Shown piece after piece: positions 20,435 to 29,274 of a DNA stretch of 64,000 nt (positions are counted from its first letter, which is position 1; each line of letters starts with the position of its first letter). The stretch is from NCBI GenBank assembly GCA_965248435.1, contig OZ252100.1:4736001-4800000 (forward strand), in the 5' to 3' direction. The position numbers were made by a program, and so were the translations under genes. Below the pieces are notes generated by a model. That model made no database searches, had not been told where the DNA came from, and saw nothing but the letters and a program-made list of their open reading frames with translations. Source of the stretch: Candidatus Latescibacterota bacterium. GTDB lineage: Bacteria; Latescibacterota; UBA2968; GCA-2709665.

Positions 20435-22816
20435 ATGGCTAAAAAACCGAAAGAGGCCCCGAAAGTGAGACGGGGTGCCAACCTGGAAGATGTCCTGGGC
20501 GAGATCGATAGCTTCCTGGAGGGTGGGGCGGAGGGTCTGTCGAAGGAGGCAGGCGCGGAGCAGAAGGTGCCTTCAAAGGCGACCCGTAACGCCGAGGAGG
20601 ATACGGAGGGAGAGGCCGGGGGCGAAGGAACTGCGGATGGGAAACTCAGCCTCTCTGTTTCTGAGGACGGGCTCGAGGCAACCCTCCGCCTCATCACACC
20701 TGAAACAACCGAGGAAGGGATCCTGGAGCTGCTTCGGAGCGAGGGCATTTCGTCCGGGATCGACGAGGCGGGGATCCGAAAGGCAGTCGAGACTCTGCAG
20801 GAATACGGACAGCCTCTGAAGGACATGGTCGTGGCCAAGGGGAAGCCTCCGAAGCCCGCACCCCCGCCCCGTATGGAGCCCTCCCTCCCGAAGGGAATCG
20901 CGTCCCTCCCCCCTCTCGAGCCGATTCAGAAGCTCACCGAACTGGCCGAGAAGGGTGTCGAAGAAGCCCCGGCATCAGCTGAAGAAGCGCCGGCATCAGC
21001 TGAGGAAGCCCCGGCATCAGCTGAGGGAGACGCCTCATCAACCCCGGACGCCAACGCACCTTCCGGAGAAGCCGACGCAGCCGTTGAGAAGGCGGCCGAC
21101 CCCGCAGCAGCCATCGAGGGGGCTGCCGCGGCCGTCGAGGTTTGGGCGGTGCAAACCGGCGACGAACTCGCGATCCAGGTTGTTGATATGGACACTGGAG
21201 AGCCCGGGACTGATGTTCGGGGACAGCCCATTCCCCCGCCTCCTCAGGAAGTAGGTCCCCATTTGATCCCCGGGCCCGGTGTTGAGCTTAACGGCATCAG
21301 CTACCTCGCCAAACACTTTGGATTCGCAGGGCTCATCAACGGCCAGGTATCCGTGATGGAACCGATCCTCTGGATTTCTCCCGACGGACTGGAAGCCTTC
21401 TACATCAACCTCAGCCTGCTCCCGAGCTCCAAGCCTCCTGGCCAGGTGGACCTGAAGTCTGCGGTAGTATCCGCTGGGATCACAGTTGACGCGGATGAGG
21501 AGGTGGCATCCCTGGCCGAACAGTTCGAAAAGGGGAGGCCAGAGGATCTTCTGATTCCAATCGCACACGGGACCCCGGTCGTTCCTCCGGGGGATTCGAC
21601 TCCCAAGTTTTCATTCGACTACGAGTCTCAGGTCGGGACCATTCGGCCAGACGGATCTATCGACTTCAAGGAACGCAACATGTTCCCCAACGTGGATAAG
21701 GATGCCCTTCTCGCGGAATACAAACCGCCCGTACCGGGAGAACCGGGACAGACCGTACGCGGGGAGGAAATTCCCTTGGGAGAACCGGAAAACGCGGAGC
21801 TCGTCGCCGGAGAGAACGCTCGTCTGGAGGAGAGTGAGGATGAACAGAAGGTTTACGCGGAGGTAGACGGGGGGGCAAGTGTACAGTCGACGGTGACCGC
21901 CACGCAGGAGGGAAAGGTCACACAGTACACCGTTGCCGTAAGGCCCGTCGCCCAGATCTCGAGCGATATCGGTTACGAGACCGGGAACGTCGACTTCGAG
22001 GGAAACGTAGACATCAAGGGTTCACTCACCAGTGGATTCTCTGTTAAGACCACGGGAGATGTCGCCATTTCCGAAGCCGTGGAGGCGGACACAGTGATCG
22101 AAGCTGGTGGGAGCGTGACAGTCTCGCAGGGCATCGTGGGCCACGAGACTTCTATTAAAGCGGGGGGCACGGTCACGGCCAAGTTTATCAGCGAGGCCAA
22201 AGTGGAGGCGGGCGAAGATGTCGTCGTGGGGAGCTACATTCTGGGTGCCCACGTGAACGCCAAAGGGCGCGTCCAGGTGGAGGGGCGCGGAGGTCAGGGA
22301 GGCATTCTAAGTGGGGAGATCTGGGCGATCAAGGGGATAACATCGCGAAACGTGGGTTCTCCGCGCGGAAAAACCAATCTTGTTATCGGTGCCGACCCTG
22401 AACGTCTTTCAGAATTCGAAAAGGCCGGAGAGCAGGTCCGGCACGTCGATACGATCCTTGGTAAGCTTCAAAAGACCTTGAAGCTGGAGTCACTGGACCC
22501 TGAAGAGATTCAAAAGCTGGCTAAGCGACTCCCGGGTAAAAAGGAGATGTTTATTTCCACGATGGAGAAGGTCGGCAAGCTCGCGGAGTATAGAGAACAG
22601 CAGTTGAAGGTGCAAAAGGAGGTTGGGGGTAGGTTGGCCGAGGAGGCAAAGGAGGCTAAACTGGAAGTCCCTGAGACGGCTTACACTGGCGTGACGGTGC
22701 GGATCGGCAACGAGCAGATCAGGGTGAACGACGATCTGAAGCGTGTCTGCTATCACCTGCAGGTGAAGGACGGCGAACCAGGAATCGTCTGGTCTGACCT
22801 TTCACCGGGCTCCTAG
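20435..22816 (+). CDS. FapA / DUF342 family protein with duplicated N-terminal domain
   Basis: LSVSEDGLEATL..GISSGID..VVAKGKPP, then a second WISPDGLEAF..IAHGTP, GSIDFKERN, PGEPGQTVRGEEI, ETGNVDFEGNVDIKG, a beta-solenoid and a C-terminal coiled coil with YTGVTVRIG. Confidence 0.85.
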   Translation: MAKKPKEAPKVRRGANLEDVLGEIDSFLEGGAEGLSKEAGAEQKVPSKATRNAEEDTEGEAGGEGTADGKLSLSVSEDGLEATLRLITPETTEEGILELLRSEGISSGIDEAGIRKAVETLQEYGQPLKDMVVAKGKPPKPAPPPRMEPSLPKGIASLPPLEPIQKLTELAEKGVEEAPASAEEAPASAEEAPASAEGDASSTPDANAPSGEADAAVEKAADPAAAIEGAAAAVEVWAVQTGDELAIQVVDMDTGEPGTDVRGQPIPPPPQEVGPHLIPGPGVELNGISYLAKHFGFAGLINGQVSVMEPILWISPDGLEAFYINLSLLPSSKPPGQVDLKSAVVSAGITVDADEEVASLAEQFEKGRPEDLLIPIAHGTPVVPPGDSTPKFSFDYESQVGTIRPDGSIDFKERNMFPNVDKDALLAEYKPPVPGEPGQTVRGEEIPLGEPENAELVAGENARLEESEDEQKVYAEVDGGASVQSTVTATQEGKVTQYTVAVRPVAQISSDIGYETGNVDFEGNVDIKGSLTSGFSVKTTGDVAISEAVEADTVIEAGGSVTVSQGIVGHETSIKAGGTVTAKFISEAKVEAGEDVVVGSYILGAHVNAKGRVQVEGRGGQGGILSGEIWAIKGITSRNVGSPRGKTNLVIGADPERLSEFEKAGEQVRHVDTILGKLQKTLKLESLDPEEIQKLAKRLPGKKEMFISTMEKVGKLAEYREQQLKVQKEVGGRLAEEAKEAKLEVPETAYTGVTVRIGNEQIRVNDDLKRVCYHLQVKDGEPGIVWSDLSPGS
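20960..21022 (+). repeat. 21-bp in-frame tandem repeat, EEAPASA x3
   Basis: GAAGAAGCCCCGGCATCAGCT / GAAGAAGCGCCGGCATCAGCT / GAGGAAGCCCCGGCATCAGCT. Confidence 0.95.
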
Positions 22817-22842
22817 CCGGGAGTAAATTAGTTCGTCCGAGG

Positions 22843-22876
22843 AAAGCGCCCCGCAATTCAGCCGGTGGGGCGCTTT
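22843..22876. terminator. hairpin, possible terminator after fapA
   Basis: AAAGCGCCCC (22843-22852) ... GGGGCGCTTT (22867-22876). Confidence 0.55.
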
Positions 22877-22964
22877 ATCGTCTTTGGGGACTGAGGCGTC
22901 CAATACTTCTTGAAAAACCTGAACGCGGAGCGCTGAAGACAAGCCCTTTCCAAGGTAGAAACCC

Positions 22965-24323
22965 GTGCGATTGATCAACATAGACAACCTAGAAGAAGGG
23001 ATGCAGGCAGGGGACGACATCCGCGACGAACACAATCGTCTGCTGCTGGGTAGAGGGGCCACAATCAAGGGCGGCTACGTGCAGAGGCTGAGACAGATGG
23101 GCCTCCCGGCGCTCTACGTCCAGGATGCAGACACCGCAGACATCAAGGTGCCCCACGTTATTCCCCCTGCAGCCCGCGTGAAGGCCATCAAGAATCTGAC
23201 GGATAACTTTGGTGCCATTTCCAAGGCCACGGAGGAGCTCCAGAAGCTCTCGATAGAAGAGGCGCGCCAGAACATCCAGTCCAAGAAGTTCGTAGACACG
23301 TTTAAGTCGCTCACGCACGATCAAGGTATCGATCAACTCGTTGGAGATGTGAGCAGCCTCATCGATCCCCTGATGGGCAAGGATGTCGTCCTTGGTCTCA
23401 ACTCGATCAAGACACACGATGGATACACCTTCCAACACTCCCTGGATGTCACGATCATGGGTCTGCTGCTGGCCAAAAAGCTGGGATGGGATGCACAACG
23501 CCTGGAGGACTTCGGCGTGGGCTGCCTGCTTCACGACATGGATAAGATCTTTATCGATTCCGAAATCCTGAACAAGCCGGGCAAGCTCACCGAGGAGGAG
23601 TTCGATCGAATGAAGGCCCACCCCACACTGGGATACGAGCTGGTCAAGACCATCGCGCCGACCATGAGCACCCTGATCCCGCACGTGGCTTACCAACACC
23701 ACGAGCGTCAGGACGGGACGGGATATCCCAGGGGTCTTGAGGGCGACAATACCCTGGGGGAGAACAAGCCCGATCTAATACATGATTTCGGAGCGGTTGC
23801 CGCCGTTGCGGATATCTATGATGCCATGGCGTCGGACCGCCCCTATCGGCAGGGGTGGCCACCCGATCGGGTTGTGGGTATGATCAAGGACCTTTCAGGT
23901 GAGCAGCTGAATAGTGGGGTGGTGGATTTGTTCTTGAAGACCGTTGCCCCGTATCCTATCGCGACAGGGGTCAAATTACTGAACGGAGCCCACGCGGGAT
24001 ACGAGGGCGTCGTGTCTGATGTCGATGAGAAGGTCCTGGATAGGCCCAAGGTGCGACTGCTTTACGACGCGGAGGGGAATCGTGTGGATGCCGTTGAGCT
24101 GGACTTGAGGGCCGAGGATGAGATCCAGATCGCATCCGTTCGCAGCGGGGTGCCCACGATCGAGCCTCTGGGAACCCTCATCCGGAAGGATGAACCCAGG
24201 GATGAGCCCAGGGAGGCTGGAGAGATTGAGCAGCACGAGGAGCCTGAGATCGAATGTCCCTCCTGCGGCCTCAAGTCCAAAGGGAAGTTTTGTACAGAGT
24301 GCGGGACCCCTTTGAGGGGGTAG
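22965..24323 (+). CDS. HD-GYP domain protein with C-terminal zinc ribbon
   Basis: N-terminal 'IDNLEEGM..DIRDEHNRLLLGRG', YTFQHSLDV, LLHDMDK, LNKPGKLT, HHERQDGTGYP, ADIYDAMASDRPYR, CPSCG..FCTECG. Confidence 0.9.
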   Translation: MRLINIDNLEEGMQAGDDIRDEHNRLLLGRGATIKGGYVQRLRQMGLPALYVQDADTADIKVPHVIPPAARVKAIKNLTDNFGAISKATEELQKLSIEEARQNIQSKKFVDTFKSLTHDQGIDQLVGDVSSLIDPLMGKDVVLGLNSIKTHDGYTFQHSLDVTIMGLLLAKKLGWDAQRLEDFGVGCLLHDMDKIFIDSEILNKPGKLTEEEFDRMKAHPTLGYELVKTIAPTMSTLIPHVAYQHHERQDGTGYPRGLEGDNTLGENKPDLIHDFGAVAAVADIYDAMASDRPYRQGWPPDRVVGMIKDLSGEQLNSGVVDLFLKTVAPYPIATGVKLLNGAHAGYEGVVSDVDEKVLDRPKVRLLYDAEGNRVDAVELDLRAEDEIQIASVRSGVPTIEPLGTLIRKDEPRDEPREAGEIEQHEEPEIECPSCGLKSKGKFCTECGTPLRG

Positions 24324-24562
24324 GCAGCAAGAAGTGATCAGTCAGGCGTAACCAAAGTTGGGAACAGAGCCAACTTTGGGCTTGGATGAAGGTTCTGCAT
24401 TTGCGATCTTTGGGGAAGCGAAGGCCGGGTCAGGTGGCAGAAAGGGAAACGGACAGGAGCGAAGATTGAACATAGCTCGATTGGGATGTGCATAGGGAAA
24501 TAACTTGATTCCATGATTTTTGGAAAGACCAGGCCCCTGCAAGAATCAGAGGACAGCTTGCT

Positions 24563-25330
24563 GTGAAAAAACTCGAGAACATGCTCCTCATCCTTTCGAG
24601 CGAGGAGCAGAAGGAAGCAGAAGCATACATTCCGGATCGACTTCGGTCTTTGGACGTGCGTCGGATTCCCGACCTGCAGACCTTGGCGAAAAACGCCAGG
24701 CAGGAAATCGTGCGAGTCAACGCTGTCAAGGAGCGGCTTAAGGTCAAGTCTGATCGTTCGGCCAAGGTGATGATCAAGGTCTCCGACTCGGCGTTGTCTG
24801 GGCTCGCCAATCTAATCGCGGAATGCAACCGGGCGTCGACATCCAAACAGCGCGAATTGAAAGAGATGCAGCGGGCCGCGAATAAGGGTTCTGACGGTGA
24901 GTCTCTCGAAGTGGAAGGCATCCTAAGGCCGAGCCCGGAAGAGGAAGCGAGCGCTGCCCGGTACATCAACGAAAAAATTATGGAACTCTCTTTAGCGGAT
25001 CTCGGGTCGTTTCGAGACGCCTGTCAGGGGCTTCTGACCTGGTGGGACAGTGAGCGCGGTCAGGTGGAGGACCTGGTGCTCAATCAGTTCGGCGATGTGA
25101 ACAGGGGAGAAGGCCGCCTTGCAATAAGACAGAAGAGGGAAGAACTGCAAAAGGAAATTCTTAACCCGTTCAAGGCCTTTTTTAAAGAACTTAATCTGCA
25201 CTACCACAAGCTGGGGAAAGAAGGTCCTGAAAATACCTCGGAGGAAGAGAAGATAGACAAGATCGACGAGGAGGTCGACATGGCCTCCATCGACGCCCTG
25301 ATCGAAGAGGAGGGGCAAGGGTCCGAGTGA
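24563..25330 (+). CDS. hypothetical alpha-helical protein with acidic tail
   Basis: 255-aa ORF with GTG start after GAGGA, adjacent to the kinase gene. No family recognised. Confidence 0.7.
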   Translation: MKKLENMLLILSSEEQKEAEAYIPDRLRSLDVRRIPDLQTLAKNARQEIVRVNAVKERLKVKSDRSAKVMIKVSDSALSGLANLIAECNRASTSKQRELKEMQRAANKGSDGESLEVEGILRPSPEEEASAARYINEKIMELSLADLGSFRDACQGLLTWWDSERGQVEDLVLNQFGDVNRGEGRLAIRQKREELQKEILNPFKAFFKELNLHYHKLGKEGPENTSEEEKIDKIDEEVDMASIDALIEEEGQGSE

Positions 25331-25344
25331 ATGGGGGGAACATC

Positions 25345-26961
25345 GTGGCAGATCGCGAGAAGACGGAAGATCAGCTGCTGAGCGAACTGTCCGAGCTGCG
25401 CCGAAAGGTGACCGACCTGGAGGCCAGGTGCGCCGACAACGAGGCGAATGAACGGGCGTTGCGTCGGAGCGAGGAACGCCTGCTGAGTCTGGCGGAGCAC
25501 CTGCCTCGAGGGGTCTGCCTTCTTGACAAGGATTGGAGAGTGGTCTTCACGAACCCGATAGGCAAGCAGGATCTTGCCGAACTCACGAACATCGGAGAAG
25601 GAGACGTGATCTCGCATCTGGGCGTCTACCCCATCGAGGACCTTCGCGATGCTGCGGCAAAGGGATCTTCCAACAAAATCGTGGTAGAAGGTCCTCCTAT
25701 ACGTGTCTTCGAATTGGATATCGAACCCGTTAAGGAAGGCCGAGACGGGTGGGTGTTGATGATACGCGATGTGACGGAAGAGCAGGAGGTTCAGGTGCGG
25801 GCTCAGTTGCAGGATCGACTCGCCGCGGTGGGTCAACTCGCCGCCGGTATTGCCCACGATTTCAACAATACGTTGACCGTGATCATCGGGTACGGTGAAC
25901 TCCTGGACATGCTCCCTGATGTGCCGGATTCTTTGAAGGGGAAGCTGAAGACGATCGTAAAATATGGCAGAAGAGCCGAGCAGATGATCGGGCAGATTCT
26001 GGATTTCAGCCGGCAGACCACCGCGAAGCAGAGTGCGATAGACCTGGCACCCTTTCTGAAGGAGGCCGTCAAGCTGCTGACGAGGACCCTTCCCGAGAAC
26101 ATCAAAGTCACGGCTGACTTCGGTAAGGGCGATTACATCGTTAAGGCAAACATCGCGCAGCTCCAGGAAGTCGTCACGAACCTGGCGGTCAATGGTCGCG
26201 ATGCCATGCGCGACGGTGGCAGACTGGGCATCGGATTATCGAAGTTCCATCTGGGGGTTGGAGAAAAGCTCCATCTCAAGACATCCAATTCCGAGATTGT
26301 ACCCAAGCTGGGCGCTGGCGAATGGGTCGTGCTTTCCGTATCGGATACGGGCACGGGAATACCGCCTGAGATCCTGAGCAGGATCTACGAACCGTTCTTT
26401 TCAACCAAGAAGCGAGGTGAAGGCACAGGACTGGGGATGTCGCAGGTCTACGGTATTGTGAAGCAGCACGGCGGGTATATCGATATCGACACTACAGAGG
26501 GAAAAGGGACCACTTTCCTCATCTACCTACGCCTCGTTCGCGAAAAAGCTGCTCCCCTGGAAGAGGTGGAGCAAGGGTTCCCGGAAGGTCAGGGTGAGAC
26601 GATCCTGCTGGTGGAGGACGAAGAATCGGTGCGCGAGGTGATACAGGGAATGCTCGAACCTCTGAACTACCGAGTAATAGCCGCAATCGATGGGCGTGAA
26701 GCTCTGGATGTTCTTGATTCTGAATCTGAAAATGTGGCAGTCGTACTTACAGACCTGGTGATGCCAGAGATGGGTGGAGAGGAACTCATACTCAAACTTA
26801 GAGAACAGGGAAACTCGGTCCCGGTGGTCGTGATGACGGGATACCAAATGAAAAAGGAGACGGAACTGGATTCCAAGATTCAGGGATATCTGAGAAAGCC
26901 TTTAGGGATCTTGAAGCTCGCCCAGGCCATAAGGGGGGCCCTCAAGCGGCAGAAGAAATAG
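25345..26961 (+). CDS. PAS-histidine kinase-receiver hybrid (CckA-like)
   Basis: Coiled coil, PAS, H-box GQLAAGIAHDFNN, NLAVNGRDAM, DTGTGI, EPFFSTK..GTGLG, receiver ILLVEDE..TDLVMP..KP. Probable GTG start 25345; the ORF track gives 25327. Confidence 0.93.
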   Translation: MADREKTEDQLLSELSELRRKVTDLEARCADNEANERALRRSEERLLSLAEHLPRGVCLLDKDWRVVFTNPIGKQDLAELTNIGEGDVISHLGVYPIEDLRDAAAKGSSNKIVVEGPPIRVFELDIEPVKEGRDGWVLMIRDVTEEQEVQVRAQLQDRLAAVGQLAAGIAHDFNNTLTVIIGYGELLDMLPDVPDSLKGKLKTIVKYGRRAEQMIGQILDFSRQTTAKQSAIDLAPFLKEAVKLLTRTLPENIKVTADFGKGDYIVKANIAQLQEVVTNLAVNGRDAMRDGGRLGIGLSKFHLGVGEKLHLKTSNSEIVPKLGAGEWVVLSVSDTGTGIPPEILSRIYEPFFSTKKRGEGTGLGMSQVYGIVKQHGGYIDIDTTEGKGTTFLIYLRLVREKAAPLEEVEQGFPEGQGETILLVEDEESVREVIQGMLEPLNYRVIAAIDGREALDVLDSESENVAVVLTDLVMPEMGGEELILKLREQGNSVPVVVMTGYQMKKETELDSKIQGYLRKPLGILKLAQAIRGALKRQKK

Positions 26962-26991
26962 CGAGGGACATTCCAAACCACAGTATGAAGA

Positions 26992-27026
26992 CCGCCCCAC
27001 TGCTTTTTGCTCAGGCAGTGGGGCGG
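26992..27026. repeat. GC-rich hairpin (terminator or REP-like), copy 1
   Basis: CCGCCCCACTGC (26992-27003) ... GCAGTGGGGCGG (27015-27026). Closely similar to the hairpin at 28364. Confidence 0.7.
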
Positions 27027-27291
27027 CCGCGTTTCGGGAACTCTGGGAACAACCATCGATGTCGAATCTTAAACATAAAGGAAGTGGCGTTGCGAAAGAC
27101 ATATGGGCCTTTACCTTCCAAATAGGCGACTGAGGAAAGGCGGATATCAGCCAAATAGTCTCCCAATCTCTAAAGGAGCTTAAATCTCCCCCCATCCTTT
27201 TGCGACTATATGGGGGATGACAATAGATAACTTTCTTAAAAACTTATGCTTGTAATGATATGATCCTTATCGCAATCTGAAGGGATAAGGG

Positions 27292-27307
27292 CGGCACAGA
27301 AATTGCA
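27292..27307 (+). promoter_or_regulatory. sigma54 (-24/-12) promoter
   Basis: CGGCAC-AGAAA-TTGCA matches YGGCAC-N5-TTGCW, about 58 nt upstream of ATG 27365, with an AT-rich upstream region. Confidence 0.7.
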
Positions 27308-27364
27308 TCTTCTCGTTAGGTAGTAAGCATAAGATCACAACAATTACAAACCGGGACGCTGAAT

Positions 27365-28336
27365 ATGGCCGATCAGGAATGGCTGGAATGGATAGATGAT
27401 GATGAGGAGAAGCGACAGAAGAGGCACAAAGCTGCCATTTTGCTATGGGTGCTTTTATCTCAGATTGTGATTGCCTATGTGATAGGCCAGTTTTGGTTTA
27501 CCGATTCTGATGAGTCCTCGGAGGCGACGAAAGGAGCTGTATCGGATTCTTTCTTTACAGAGATAGATTCGTTTCAGACGCTGGACTACATAAGGGCCTC
27601 CAATCGGCATTTTGCAAGCGGAGAAGCCTCAGGTCGACACACCGCAAGCGGAGAGGCTTCAGGTCTACGCACAGCATACAGAAGGGGCTCCAATCACCGC
27701 ACAGCAAACGGAAAGACTTCAAATAAACGCCTGAAATACCAGGCCCAGATGGTGGCGGAGCTTGTACGGAACCTTAATTCGGAAGTTTTCAGAAGGGTGG
27801 AAGCGCTGATCGAAACCCATCGGGTAGAATTTTTCCATATCTATATTCCTTCCAGCGCCTGGGGTGGAGTGAAAGAGCAGGAGAGAGTCGATCTGTTGAA
27901 TAAGGCGGACCACATCTTGAGGACTCACTTTCCCGAAGAGACACCCTCCGTCGTCCTGAAATTCGACGATGACCAGCAACAGACACTTTCCCCGCCGCTG
28001 GCGCTCGACTACCTAATCAAGAAGATGAACCAAAGCTTCACGGAGCTCAATCCGGAGGTCTACAAATCGGTAAACGTGGAATTAGAGGGCCAGGAGTCGA
28101 TCGAGGAAACCGGTAAAGTGGTTCTGAATGAGCTTCGGATCAAGAAGATCGATGTTCAGGTACGATCCGAGTCGTGGGATGCCCTGAGTGCCCAGAGCAA
28201 AGTCGATCTGATCAATGAAACCATGCTCTTTCTGAAACTCCAGTCTCCGCGAGTGACGCCCTTCGTTACGTTACAGTTTGATGATAAAAGGCAGGAACTC
28301 GCTCTGAAATACGTTTCGGCTGCTGTCAGGGGCTAG
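27365..28336 (+). CDS. hypothetical single-pass membrane protein with decapeptide repeats and a duplicated domain
   Basis: TM AILLWVLLSQIVIAYVIG, 10-aa repeats, and two homologous LNxEV..W..VDL.N..TP.V.L.FDD units. Confidence 0.75.
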   Translation: MADQEWLEWIDDDEEKRQKRHKAAILLWVLLSQIVIAYVIGQFWFTDSDESSEATKGAVSDSFFTEIDSFQTLDYIRASNRHFASGEASGRHTASGEASGLRTAYRRGSNHRTANGKTSNKRLKYQAQMVAELVRNLNSEVFRRVEALIETHRVEFFHIYIPSSAWGGVKEQERVDLLNKADHILRTHFPEETPSVVLKFDDDQQQTLSPPLALDYLIKKMNQSFTELNPEVYKSVNVELEGQESIEETGKVVLNELRIKKIDVQVRSESWDALSAQSKVDLINETMLFLKLQSPRVTPFVTLQFDDKRQELALKYVSAAVRG

Positions 28337-28363
28337 GAAACCACAGAAATATGACAAATCAGA

Positions 28364-28397
28364 CCGCCCCTCTGCCTGACGCCAGGCAGAGGGGCGG
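28364..28397. terminator. GC-rich hairpin between convergent genes (terminator or REP-like), copy 2
   Basis: Perfect 15-bp stem CCGCCCCTCTGCCTG-ACGC-CAGGCAGAGGGGCGG. Confidence 0.75.
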
Positions 28398-28424
28398 ATG
28401 TGTTTCCCCAATCCTGCAACTTGG

Positions 28425-29213
28425 TTAGCTGACCGATTCCCAGATCTCCAGGATCCGCTCCCTCACCGGCCCAACTTCCACGTCAAAATTCACGAACCGC
28501 TTTCCGTTGTCTTCCACAGAGATCCTTCCGTCGTATCCTGCCTCCTTCAAAGTTTTGATGTAGGTGCCGTGGCTGAAGTTGCGTCCCTCCGAGGTGAGGA
28601 CATCTATTTCAGGGACAGGCAGGTGGACGTGCCTCAAAAGGTGTGCGGCTTTCAGGATATTGTCCCAGGGTTCATCATCCTTTTCCATGTGTAGGAGGTC
28701 CGCCAGAACGCAAAGGTGGGGGTGGTCGACCTCTTCGGCGATCTCAAGCGCTTCGGTAACGCTATTTATCATGTTGCAATACTCGCGTGCCAAAGGTTCT
28801 ATCACGATTGTGATGCCGCTTTTCCGGGCCGTTTCTGCAGCCATGGCAGCAAATACCTTTACCTGCTCGAGCGCCTTGCTTCGGGAGAACCCCTCTGGAA
28901 CATTGCGCGCGCCCCCGCTTCCGAAGACGACGATCTCCGTCCCCAGTTGGGATGCCCGCTCCATGACGATCCCCACGTGATTTGTTAAAGCGCCAAAGTC
29001 GACCGCATCGCCCGTGATTTTTAGTTCACTCGGGACGAAGACGTTGAACGCCTCCGCCTTAATGCCCGCCTCTTGAAACTGCTTCCTTACAGGCTCGAAT
29101 TCACTCTCCGGGCGGTCTGGAAGGAGCATGAGTGCTCGGGGTTCGATGAAGTCGTAGCCTTCGCGCTCAACGGCGGCAAGGCGGTCCTCAACACCACAAC
29201 ATCCGAGTCTCAT
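28425..29213 (-). CDS. sugar phosphate isomerase/epimerase (xylose-isomerase-like TIM barrel)
   Basis: Start ATG 29213 after GAGGAGG. GYDFIE, VVFGSGGAR, IVIEPL..NMIN, LADLLHM, HVHL, GYDGRISVE. Confidence 0.85.
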   Translation of the reverse strand: MRLGCCGVEDRLAAVEREGYDFIEPRALMLLPDRPESEFEPVRKQFQEAGIKAEAFNVFVPSELKITGDAVDFGALTNHVGIVMERASQLGTEIVVFGSGGARNVPEGFSRSKALEQVKVFAAMAAETARKSGITIVIEPLAREYCNMINSVTEALEIAEEVDHPHLCVLADLLHMEKDDEPWDNILKAAHLLRHVHLPVPEIDVLTSEGRNFSHGTYIKTLKEAGYDGRISVEDNGKRFVNFDVEVGPVRERILEIWESVS

Positions 29214-29274
29214 AAGGTGCCTCCTCATCTGGTTTCGGAAAAGAGATGGTGCCAAAGGGGGTCATTTCCAAGCG

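Noticed and set aside
24352-24379. Inverted repeat CCAAAGTTGG-N8-CCAACTTTGG after the HD-GYP gene
   Set aside because: The palindrome is real, but it has no U-tract and no second copy in the window, so no function can be assigned.
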